A DNA stretch of 64,000 nucleotides. Origin: Cyanophora paradoxa CCMP329. Lineage: Eukaryota; Plantae; Glaucophyta. A program made the translations under genes and the position numbers. Below the pieces are notes generated by a model. It searched no databases and was not told the origin of the DNA. It was given only the letters and a program-made list of their open reading frames with translations. Where the stretch lies: the NCBI GenBank assembly GCA_004431415.1, contig QPMI01000546.1:1-64000 (forward strand), read 5' to 3'. Shown here one piece after another: positions 45,630-56,995 of the stretch (positions within the stretch are counted from its first letter, which is position 1; the number at the start of each line of letters is the position of its first letter).

Positions 45630-48600
45630 CTATGTGCGGGCTGGGCCGGCGCCGGCGCCGCGGTTGAAGGGGTCGTAGGGGCGCGTGGGGCGTGCAGGCG
45701 GACCCCCGGGGGGAAGGTAGGGCCGCGTGGGGCGGGGCCCGGGGGCGGGCGGCGCCGACGCGGGCGCAGGCGCCGGCGCCGGAGCGAGAGCGAGCTGATC
45801 CATAGCTGCCGCGGCGACCGCAGCCTCGAGAGGGTCGGCGGGCACGGGTGCCACCGGCGCTGGGACCGGAGCGAGCTCAAGGGCGCCACTGGGGCCGGCG
45901 GCGGGGGGGCGACGGGGCTGGGGCAGCGGGAGGCGCCTGTCGGGGACGGGGTCGGAGGCGGTGCCGGAGAAGGGGGCGCGGCACTGCGGGCAGCTGGTGC
46001 CCAGCGGGCTCGCCCGCCACGTCGCGATGCAGCGCGCGTGGAAGCGGTCTGCGGCGGCGTCGGCGAGCGGCGGAGTGGCGGGGGCGGGCGGGGCGGGGCG
46101 CACGGCCGCAGGGGAGGGGGCCGACGGGGCTCGAGGGGCCGCCGCCGGCGCCGGGCTCCGAGTCGAGGCAGATCGCGCACGCCGGCTCCGGCTCCTCGCG
46201 GGCGGGTCCGCCGGGCTGCGCTGCGGGCCCCGAGAGAGGCTGCCCCGCAGCGTCCGATGCGGTACGGCGCGCCATCGGCGCTGCTTGGCGCTCCTCTTCG
46301 AATTGCCGCCGCCACCGTTCGGCCTCCTCCGCCACCCGCCTCTCCTCCCGCTCCTGCGCCAGCCGCTGCTGCTGCTGCCGCTGTCGGTCCCGTGCTGCTT
46401 GCTCCTCCTCCTCCCGCCTCCGCTGCGCCTCCCGTCGCGCCTCCTCCGCCCGCCGCCGCCGTTCCGCTTTCTCCGCTGCCCGCCGCGCCGCCTCCTCCCG
46501 CCGCCTGTCCTCCTGCTGCCGCTGCTGCTCGGCCTCCTTTAAGAGCTGGCGCACCGCCTCGTCCGCCCGCTCTTCGGCCTCCCGCCGCTCGCGGAGCGCC
46601 GCCTCCGCCCACTGCCGCTCCTTCCGAACCCTGTTGCCACAAGTGAGACAAATTTAAAGATGGCAAGGCAAACCAGAGCGGCACACCTCGCGATCATTGT
46701 TGTCTTGTCGGTGCTAGCTATAGGGCTTGAGCTCCAGACAGCTGCAGCGAGCTCGTGCTCTAACGCCTCCGCCTCCCGCGCGGCCGCGTCCAACCGGCCC
46801 ACGCCTCTCATGCACTCTGTGCGTGGCGTGAGCTCGAGGCAGCGTCGCCACCCAACTACAAAGAACAAAAGCGCACGGATGCGGAGCAGGCGCGCCTCCA
46901 CATCCCCCGGCGACCGCTGCGGCGGCAAGGTTCAGTGTGTAGGGAGGAGAATGACGAAGGAAGAAGGGGAGGGAGGGGGGAAGGGGGGGAGGGGGGAGGG
47001 TGGGGGGGAAGGGTGGTGTGATGCGATCAATTAAATACCTTCAATAGAGCGTCCAGCAGCGCGCGGGCGCGGGCCCAATTCGACTCCCGAATGTGATCGA
47101 GCGCTTTGTACTGCCAATTGCAAACGATCAGCACGAACGGTTCTTGTTTCAGATTTTTCATTTCTTGAATTTTCATTTCTTTTTCAGATAAGCCTAGGGC
47201 GTCTCCAAAAAGAATGAGTCGCACCCGGTCGGCGGTGTCGCGCTTGGCCCGCAAAGCCCGCTCGACCACTGAGTGAGGTTCTAGGTGCCCGTTTTGCTCT
47301 TGTGTCGTTGCAGGTTGCCCTAGATGGACTTCTTGTATGGATGTAGGCAAGTGCCCGTTGGGAAAAGCCCCATCACGAAGCGCACTGACAATGAGAAGTG
47401 AATGATATTCGGCGCTCTCCAGTCGCTACAAGGCCATCACATATAGCATGTTTCCGACATTGACAAAAAGGGTTTCTTACAGAGATGAACTCATCCAGAG
47501 GAATGTCGCCAGGATGGACGCTGTCCGGCAACCTTCCTGTCTTTTTGAAGAAAGCTAGAGCTTTCTGCAAGGAATTCAATCGATTCACTTGCACTCGTGG
47601 GATCAGTAGCTTTAATTTCGACGGGCACACCTCAGCAAGAAAGGCAGCGTGCGCTTTGTCGTGCTTCGTTAACAGCAGCGACATCATGTGCTTAAAGTCA
47701 ACCTCTGTTTTCGTATGGTCCAACCCGCAGGCCGCCTCGTGCAGGATGAAAGCACGCTGCGGCCGCGGTTATGTTTTTCGATCCTTATGCACGTGCGGAT
47801 ATATAGCAAGCAAATTTGTGGCTTACACGGAGCGCCACTGCAGCTTTGTCGAAGTGCTCCATGAATGTGTAAACGTCACCGAGGCTGTTTAGTATATCAG
47901 CGACACCTTCACCTTCGCCAGACACCCTCTCGATTTCTTCAGCTGCACGCTGCGCTTTAAATTAATTTCGAACCCATTTCGAACAGCATACGACAAAACC
48001 CACCTTCACGTATGTCTCGGCGCGGGCGAAACAGTTTTGGACGTGGTCGTGGTGATCCGAGTTGAGAAAATAAGGGCCCTCCTTCAGGTGTGGCTTGGCT
48101 CTGTCCAGGGCCAGTCCCCATTTGAAAAGCAGATCTCCCAGAGCATACAGTGCGATACCAAGGAACCCGCCTCGTTTACACTCTTGGCATGCTTCCTCGG
48201 CAATCTCCAAGTTCATCTGCACGAAATTCGAAATAATAATAAGCGATAGGAGCTTTAAGAGGTGGGCAATCGTACCTGAAGAATAGCAACCGCTTCGAGC
48301 GATTGGTCTGCGTTCACAAACTGGCGAGCGAGGTGCAGTAGGATCGATTCCCTCGTAGAAGACCGTCGCCCGTGCGCATGAAACAAATGACGGCAGCAAC
48401 GGGGAGCCAGCCGCTCTGAATCTCCAGGGTCTCGATCGCTCCCTTTCAACAACTTCGTGTGCGTGCTTAAGAATTCGAGGACTCCTTAATCAATTAAATA
48501 TTTTTAACAATTGCAACGCACTTGAAAGATCCTCCACGCTTCCTCTCGTTCTTTCAGCGCAACAGAGGTGACCGCCAGTTCCCAAAGCGTGGCAGTGACG

Positions 48601-49552
48601 TCGTCATGAGCAACGTCGACGTACCATCCTAACACTTCGAGCGCGGCCTGAAGCATATGCATTGAAATCAAGGCCTGCATACGTAGCAAAATGTAGAACA
48701 AAATAGGCTCGAACCAGGAAAGCTTCCTTCGTGCCCGGGCTCGGGGCAGATGCGGATCCGGAATGGTCGGCAGAGCGTGAAAGCAATTGACCGAAAGTGT
48801 GCGCATGACGGACAAGGTTTGTCGGAGACGATGCGTCGAGAAGCTCGCCCCGTCGCGTCGAGTCCAGGAGGCGTTGCGCAAGGAAACGCTGCAAGAGCTC
48901 GATCATGATCATGATCATGTCATGTAAACGTATATATACGGAGCTGAACAATAGCTATAGATATATGTAGCTATATACGATGAAAATTTTAAAAACGCGT
49001 CGAATGACACACCTGGTAAAGTTCGAAGGATTTTTCTTGCTTGGAGAACATGTAAAAAAGACCAGCAAGCCGGAGGGCATACGTGATCGACGCCAGGCCC
49101 TGCTCGCCCCGCCTGGCTACGCACTCGTCGAGCTCGCTCTGCGTCCGTGTGAGGCTCGAAAATAACTTAGTAAAAGAATTAAAAGAGATCAGAGCGCGAG
49201 CCTGCCAGCGAGCCGCGCAGGCCTCCCAGTCATCGCCGCCCGGGTGGGCCATCGCCTCGACGTGGAGAATGAACTTGTTGCAGAAGCGGCCGGCGCTTGC
49301 GCCAGAGCCCGAGGCCGCGGCCAGCGAGCTCGAGTGCGCCTCCTCGCACTGCCGACAAGCGCAGCGGTAATCGCACGCCCATGGCCGGGGATCGGGGCTG
49401 CGACATGCCATGATGAGGGACGCTCTAATTGACGAGGGCCGGCGCGGGACATGGCTACGGGCCGATCGCGACCACGGACCGCATGCGCACCTGATGCACT
49501 CAACGCACTGACATGCGACACCCAATTCGGGGCATAAATCCTGATCGTGCAT
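45630..49552 (-). CDS. Cys-rich N-terminus / TPR-like / coiled-coil / RING-H2 E3 ligase, copy A; multi-exon
   Basis: CAICLD...LPCG|HRFHARCIATW...CPQCR (C3H2C3). TPR-like ADILNSLGDVYTFMEHFDKAAVAL. E/R/Q coiled coil. N-terminal CQCVEC...WACDYRCACRQC. Start is tentative. Confidence 0.75.
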
Positions 49553-50790
49553 GTGGCCCTGAGAGACACGAGCGATGGTCAGCGTCGTGATCAACGCGAA
49601 CGGCCACGCGGGAGTGCGGGCACCGGAATTTGACAGTAGTTAGGGTTCTCATATGCCGTCCAGGTCCCAGCCTTGCGCTTGACCGCCGCGCACATGATGC
49701 CTGGAATTTGAAGCTGAAGGATCCAGTCACTTTCCGCTTTGCCATGGCCAGGGCCCTCGAGCTCGGTACGTATACTCGCATCCAGCTCCGACGCTGCTGG
49801 AGCTTCGTCTCCAAGATCACGATCCATGTTCGCGTCGACGTCACGTGTTCCGGCCAGGTCGGGCCGCCCGGCCGTCGCCACGTCTCAAGCACGGTCGCCG
49901 TGGGCCAGGCCGGACCCGGCTGGGCGGGACTAGCTATAGTGCTGGGCGCCGCGCGCCGGACGCGTACGGGCCAGGCCGGGCTGGGGCGCCGGGTGCGCGC
50001 CGGCAGCGGCCGCGCCGCGGACCGGACCGCCGGGCGCCCCGGGCCGCGCCGGCCGGCCGCGGGCGCTGGCCGGCCGCGCGGGCGCTGACCTCGACTGCAG
50101 ATGGGCGCCGGCGCGCGTGTGCCAACGTTTAGCGCCGCGCCTGCGTGAATATCCGGCCGAGCTCGCGCTTCTGCAGCAGAGGACAAGCAGCTAAGCGCAC
50201 GAAATCAGGGCGCGGCGTCGACGGGCTCGGGAATGGCGCCGGCGCGGTCGCGGGGGAATTGGATATGCCTGGCGTGCTGCGGCGATAGTTCTAGATCGAT
50301 GACGAGTCTCGGGGCGCAGGCGCGCCCGGTATATACAGAGCTAGCCGCCGCGACCGGGACGCCTTTAGCCATTTCTAGCTCGGCAGCGTGCCATGTCAAG
50401 CGTGAGGGGCGCACCGATGCGGCGGGACCTCCGGGCGACGCTCCAGCGCGGTCCAGCGGGTTTCGGCAGTTAGCTTGGGGGGAGGGTCCGATCGTCCCCG
50501 GGTACGCTTAAACTCCGTGCAAGAGGAAGCCGGAGCCCGAACCAGCCTCTCCGAGCACGGAACGTAACCGGGAACCGGTCTGACCGGCAGCTGCTTCCTC
50601 CGAAGGTCCGTCCGATCGGTCCCCGCGCTTTCGAGGCGCTCCTGACGGCAGCGGCGCGTGCCGACGGCAGCCGTGCGTCTGGTTCCCCGTCAGAAGCATG
50701 CTGGAAGCGGCCGGCGACGCGCCGGCTGCATCGAGGGGCAGGCGGCATCGGAGCGTCAGCGACCCCAATCAACCCGCCCCGCCGCCGGCG

Positions 50791-53700
50791 ATGGCCGCGG
50801 AGCGTGCCGGGGCCGTTGCGGGCCCCGAATTCACACGTACAGGCCGTCTCTCGTCCCTCGCAGGTGGGCGGCGCCGCGCGGCGCCGCGGCGTCGTTCGGG
50901 CCTCGCTAAGGCACGTGACCCGTGCGCAGGCACAGCGGCGTTCGTCGCGCCTGCTCCCACGCTCGGCAGCCCGAAGTTCGTGTCCCTGGCGCCGCTGGCG
51001 GCGGCCCCGCAGCGGCGCCCGCAGGCCCCGCGGCGCACGCGCGGGCGGGAGCCGCGCTGGTTCGCTGTGGAGACGCCCCAGCGGCGCCAGCCGACGCCGG
51101 AGGGGCGTCGGAAGCCTCTGAAGGACGAGGCGAAGACGGACAAGGAGCCGCCGGCGGCCGCGCTGCGGCCCGGGCGCGGGTGGGACCTCTCGCCGCCGCC
51201 GGCGCCGAGCCCCGTGCTGCCGGGCTCGCCGGACCCGCGGGGCCTCGGGGCGGAGCGGGACGACTCGCCGAGCCGGCGGGCGCTGGCGCGGGCGGCGGAG
51301 CGCATCCGCGCGCAGATGCGCCTGCCGCTGCTGGGCCTCAAGAAGGGCGGCGACGCCCCAGCCGAGGTCGCCGCCCCCTCCCTCCTCACCAGCGAGAGCC
51401 CCGGCTGGCTCTCCGACGTGCGTACCCTTCCCTTCCGAACCCGCGGCCGGGCCCGAACGGACGAGCCCCGCGCGCAGGTCATTCCCCCCGAGACCGTCCT
51501 CCCCGTCCTCTCCTGCGTCGTCGGTGCGACGGAACCCCCAAGCGCGATGCGCCTGTGTCACCTCTTACACTTTTCTGTACCCCAGGCGCCGCAACCGGCC
51601 TCAGCGTCGTCATCTTCAACGTGGCGATTCGCACCGTCCACCACTGGTGCGGTACCCCCTCCGAACGCGTTGCGTACCCCGCCGAGCGCGTTGCGTACCC
51701 CGCAGGGCGCTCGAGGACGACCACGCGCTGATCGCCATGCTCGTCTCCTTCATGGGGGTACCCCCTTCCCGTCCGCGTCCCGTACCCCCTGGCCTCCGCC
51801 AATCGCGTACCCCGCAGCCGACGGCACTGGCGCTGATCCCGGCCATTGCGGGTGTCCTCGTCGCGATCCTCCGCGAGCGCTTCGACTTCGACAGGCGCGG
51901 CGCTACCCCCCGGGGGCTCTCTCCCCTCCCCCCTCCCCTGACGCCCTTCCCACGCAGCCTGCCGACGGCGCGGCAGCTCTTCGCCGCGACGGGGGGTAAC
52001 CTCTCCAAGGTCCGGCCGCCCTCCCCCTCTACCCCTGCCCAGCTCCTCTCAAACGCGGCGGGCAGGTCGGAGAGATCGGCGTGCGGCCGATCGCCAAGTC
52101 GGCGGCGGCGGCGATCTCGCTCGGCGCCGGCGCCTCCCTCGGGCCCGAGGGTCCGCCGCGCCCCGCCCCGCCCCGCCCCCGCCCTCGCCCCCCTCCAACC
52201 GGACGCCAAACGCAGGCCCCTCTGTGGAGATCGGGGCGAACTGCGGCCTGCTCGTTTCCCGCTTCTTCGACGTCCCCTCCGAGCGCCAGCGCCTCCTCCT
52301 CGGCTGCGGCTCCGCCGCCGGCATCGCCGCCGGTACGCCCCGCCCCGCCCCGCCCCGCCCCGGAGGCGACTCTGGAGACGGACGCCTAGAAAGACTCCAT
52401 TACTAGATAGTCCGAGCGCCGGTTAGGGATATTAGATTCCCTCGGAGCAGTGTCGGCTCTAGCCTACCTGCCGGCATCCCTCGGCGCGCTCTGACGGGCG
52501 GGCGGGGGCGGCTGGCGCAGGCTTCAACGCGCCGACGGCGGGCGTCTTCTTCGCCCTCGAGATCGGCAAGGTCGAGTCCGGCTAGTGCGCCCTCCCAGCC
52601 CGCGACGCCCCTGCTGCCCGGCCCGCCGAGCCTCGTCGGCAGCGCGCCGTTCCTGCTGCTCTCGGCGGTGATGGGCTCCCTCATGTCCAACATCTTCCTC
52701 GGCGAGGGTCCGCCCGCCCCTTCCTCTCCACCCCCTCCTCCCGCCCCCGCCCCCGGCTCACCCCCTACGGCAGCGCCGGCGTTCGTGGCGCCGGTGTACT
52801 CGCTGCGGAACCTGCCGCTGGAGATGGTGCTGTACCTCGGCCTCGGCGCCTGCTGCGCCATCACCTGTCCGCCCCGCCCCGCCCCCGCCCCCCGCCCCTG
52901 GCTCCGCCACTCGTCTGAGGCTCCCCCGCCCCTTTCCATCGCAGCGATCTCGACGAACTGGGCCATCGCCTTCGCCCGCCAGGCGCGGCCCCCGCCCCCG
53001 CCCCGCACCTCTAGCGTGGAGGAGCAGGGGCCGGCTCACCCCCCCGGGGGCAGGTGTTCGAGGAGGTGGGGAAGTCGCCGCTGGCGGGGCGGCTGCGGCC
53101 CCTCTTCCCCGCCATCGCCGGCCTCACCGTCGGCCTCATCGGTGCGTCTACACGCCGCCCGAGGCTAGCTGGACACAGCTCGCCCCGCCCCTCCCGGTCG
53201 CCCGATCGCCCCTCCCCTCCCTCCCCTCTGAGAAGAGTTGAGAGGAGGGAGAGGGCCGGGCTCGCCCGACCTCTCCCGCTTGCCTCTGACGCCCGCCCCG
53301 CCCCGTCCCCCCCCGTGCCTCGCCCGGCAGCGCTGGAGTTCCCGCAGATCATGTTCAACGGCTACGCCACCGTCTCCAACCTCCTCGAGGCCCGCCCCCG
53401 CACCCTCCTCCTCCTCCGGGCCCCGCTGCTCTGCCTTGCTGAGGGGCGCGCAGAACAAGCCCATCTCCGCCCTCTACGCCCTCTCCCTCGTCGTGTGCGT
53501 GCACCCCCCGCCCCGCCCCGCCCCAGGCCGGCCCGGAGCCGAGAGCCCGGGTCGCCCCGGCGCGGCGCAGGGCGAAGACCATCGGCACGGCCGTCTCCCT
53601 CGGCGGCGGTGCCTCCCGCCCCGCCCCGCCCCGCCCCGGGGCCGTATTTGAAGCCTCCCGGCCCCGGCTGACGGGCGCCATCGCGTCGCAGGGCTCGTGG

Positions 53701-55404
53701 GCGGCGTCTTCGCCCCGTCCCTCTTCCTCGGCGCCGGCCTCGGCACCGCCTACCAGAAATGTGCCCCCGCGCCCCCTCCCTCCTCTTTCCCCCAGCCCTT
53801 CTCTCGGAGAGTTATTGATACCGTACCCCCCTTCGCAGACTGGGCGAGCCTGCTGGGGAGCTCGGCGATCGCGGAGCCGTCCGCGTACGCCCTCGTCGGC
53901 ATGGCCGCCACCCTGGGTACGCGAAATCTCTTCCCCCCCTTCCCCCCTCCTGCTGAGGGGGCGGGCAGCGGGCATCGTGGGGGCGCCCCTCACCTCCATC
54001 CTCCTCCTCCTCGAGCTCACCCGCTCCCACGACATCCGTCCGTACCCCCCCCCCTTCGCGCCCCCCCCCCCCCCCCCCCGCCTCATCTGACTCGGCCGCC
54101 GCAGTGCTCCCCCTGATGGCCGCCGTCGGACTCTCCACCATTCTCGAGCAGGTACCCCCCTTTTCCACCGTGTACCCCCCCCTTCGCTCTCAGCGCCGCG
54201 GCAGACGAACACGGCGAAGCGCGCGGCCTCAAAGGCCCGCGAGGTCGCCCCCGCCATCCCCGAGGTCCGTACCCCCCCTCCTCACCTGAGCCTCGGCTCG
54301 AGCTGAGCCGGCGCCCGGGATACACAGCTCGCGGGGGCGGAGGACGAGATGTGCGAGGCGACGGGCGCCGCGGCGGCGCTGGTGGCGCTCGCCGTGTGCG
54401 ACGTGATGCTACCCGTCCCGCTTCTGTTCCCCCCGGGGGCCCGCCTCACGCGCGCGCTGGAGGCGATGCTCAAGCAGCGCGCCACGATCGCCGTCGTCCA
54501 GGACGATGACGCGCGCGTCCGCGGCGTCGTCACCGTGCGTCACAACTGCCAGCCGTTACTAACCGCCGAGTAACCGCCGCCGGGCTAACCGCCGGGCGCA
54601 GCTCTCGGAGATCAACGCGGCGCTGAAGCTCGAGGGCTCCGAGTTCGGGCGCTCCCTCACCCTCGCCGACGTCGTATCCAGGCGCGCGCGCCGTACCCCC
54701 CCCCCCTGCTTTCTCCCCACCCGATTCCAACCGGCGTCCCCGCAGCCGGCTGGCAGCCACCGTCGGCCCCGCCACGCCCGTCCTCGAGGCCCGACAGGCG
54801 CGTCGCCCGTACCCCGGCTCAGCTTTATTCGCCCAACTCACTTTTTCTCAGGCGATGGACGTCCGCGGCGTCGCGTACGCCCCCGTCGTCGACGACCAGG
54901 CGCGCGGCCCCGTATCCCCCTCCCCTCCAGACTTCTCCCCCCCCTGACGCCGCCTCTTCTCCCCCCCAGGGCCGCGTCGTGGGCGTGCTGGACCGCGAGG
55001 TACCCCCCCGAACCCCCCCCCCCCCCCGTCCCCCCCGCCTCAGGGCGGCGGCAGTTCATCCGATCGGAGGCGCTCTTCGCGACGGCGCGCCGCTTCCTCG
55101 ACGAGGTGCGAGCGAAGCGCGCCCCCGGCTGCAGCTAGAAGCTTGAGCGTACCCCTCGGGGGCTGGGCGCTGACCGGGGCGGGCCAGGCGCGCCTGAACT
55201 CGACCTCGCCGGCCCCCGAGGTCCGCCCCGACCCGCGCCCTCCCCGCCGGGACCAGGGCGGCGGGCCCTAACCGCGGGCCGGGGCAGCTGCTCGTGCCCC
55301 CGGAGACGAAGGCGGCGCCGGAGGGGCCCGAGGAGGGGCCCGAGGGAGAGGGGAAGGGGAAGGAGGCGAGGGGGCTGCCCCCGAAGGAGGGCGGGGCACA
55401 GTGA
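50791..55404 (+). CDS. CLC chloride channel/transporter of the CLCe/f (prokaryote-like) type with CBS domains, probably plastid-targeted; multi-exon
   Basis: ISLGAGASLGPEGP|SVEIG; LLLGCGSAAGIAAGFNAPTAGVFFALE; GGVFAPSLFLGAGLG; AYALVGMAATL; APLTSILLLLELT; LPLMAAVGLS; CBS-like VRGVVT and VVGVLDRE; N-terminal AAFVAP with an R-rich stretch. Confidence 0.9.
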
Positions 55405-55711
55405 GGCGCCCTCCCGTTCCGTGGATCGCACCCCTCTTCAGCAATCACTGAGTCAGCAGCGTATTTCCGTTTTAATTTGTAGATTGCTCTTTTTGCCGCC
55501 TTGTATGCCCTTACGAGCTTTCTGTCGCCCTGGGGGGCTTGAGTCCCGATTGCGGCACCTTTCCGTTTTGTAGTGTAACTCTTTCCGTCACTTTGCAGGC
55601 AGGCCTCTGCAGTAGCCGGGCCGCCGCCGCCGCTTTCCTAGGCCTCGTTCGAATTCTGATATCGATCCTACGGGCTTCGCGCACGGGCTTGTACTTATAA
55701 TTAGCTTCGAA

Positions 55712-56256
55712 TTTTTTTTTTTTTTTGGTGAATTACCGGCCACAGTCTCTAGACACCAGCACTGCGGGGGCTGCCCAGGGGGCATAGAGACAAAATAGCA
55801 AAATAACTAAGACAAGAGCACGAAGAAAGATAAGACAAAGAGCCAAAATCGACAATAAAAAAGGAAAGACACAGAGCTCGAGACAGATCGATTGCGAGAA
55901 GAGACGATAAATCGAGCAGATCTAGGGACAGAGGATAACTGACACGAAGAAGAGCCAGAGCTAGAGGATAACTGACACGAAGAAGAGCCAGAGCTAGAGA
56001 TACCATCAATATCAGAAGGAATTACATCACTAAGAAGCGGGGGACAAAATTGAGAAAGATAAATAACAGGAAGAAGACAAGTAAGAGGAACAACAAGACG
56101 ACATGGAGGCGGAGGCGAAGCAGGACGATGCGAAAGGGCAGAGCTACGGCACGAGGTCGAGGAGGACACAGGAGGCGGAGCAGGCGGATCAAGAGCAGGC
56201 AAAAGAACAGTCAAAGGAATCACTAAAGCCGGCCGGGGTCGAGGCGGGCAATCGAA
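55712..56256 (-). mobile_element. Putative non-LTR retroposon fragment (truncated LINE 3' end or SINE)
   Basis: T15 at 55712-55726 (a poly-A tail on the minus strand). Flanking direct repeat CTTCGAATTT at 55705-55714 and 56257-56266. Strongly purine-skewed body with a 33-bp tandem repeat at 55931-55996. Confidence 0.5.
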
Positions 56257-56995
56257 CTTCGAATTTATGTTCACGATCGCGATGGCTGCTAGACAGATAC
56301 GCATACGTATACGCGCGCGTCGTCAGAGGGCTGGTTTTGGGGGGTATAGTGATCGGCCGCGTGTCGCCCAGGTATTATAACTGCCGCCGGCCGCGGCAAG
56401 CGTTGCGGAAGCACTGCGGAGCGCCAACCACAGCAGCGCAGAAACGCGGATCGAGCAGAAGGTGAGCTCCGCCCGTGCGTGGAGCGAGCCGCGGCCGCGC
56501 CGGGGTAACTGCCCGCGCCGTAGCATCTTCCCCATCTGCCAGTATCTTCCAGCCACTATAGCTAAATCGGCGCGGCCATTGCCATGCATATGGCTGCGCT
56601 GGGGCCGCGCGCGGTTGCTGAACCTAGAGCACGCGACGGACGCGCGCCAGGTCCGCTAGTGCAAGCCAAATAGATGCCTCCATGTGCATTCATATGTCGC
56701 CGAGTCGCGTCCTCGCGCGCGCTCGCGCCCATCGCACATCTCGTGTACATGTACTAGTATCCTGCGCTGACGTGCGCTCGCACGGCCGCGGCCGCGCTGC
56801 CTGCGCAGCTTCACACATCAGCTGCGGGAGCGAATCGGCATCAGTCACAGCAAGACCTTGGCCGCGGCGCCCGAGCCCGCGGCCGGCCTAGGCCAAAAGC
56901 TTCGAGCAGCGATATCGGCGCGGCCCGCGCCCGCCCGGGCCCGCATCTTCGGGGCCGCGGCGTCGACGTCGCAGCACATTCGCGCCGCGCCCGTC

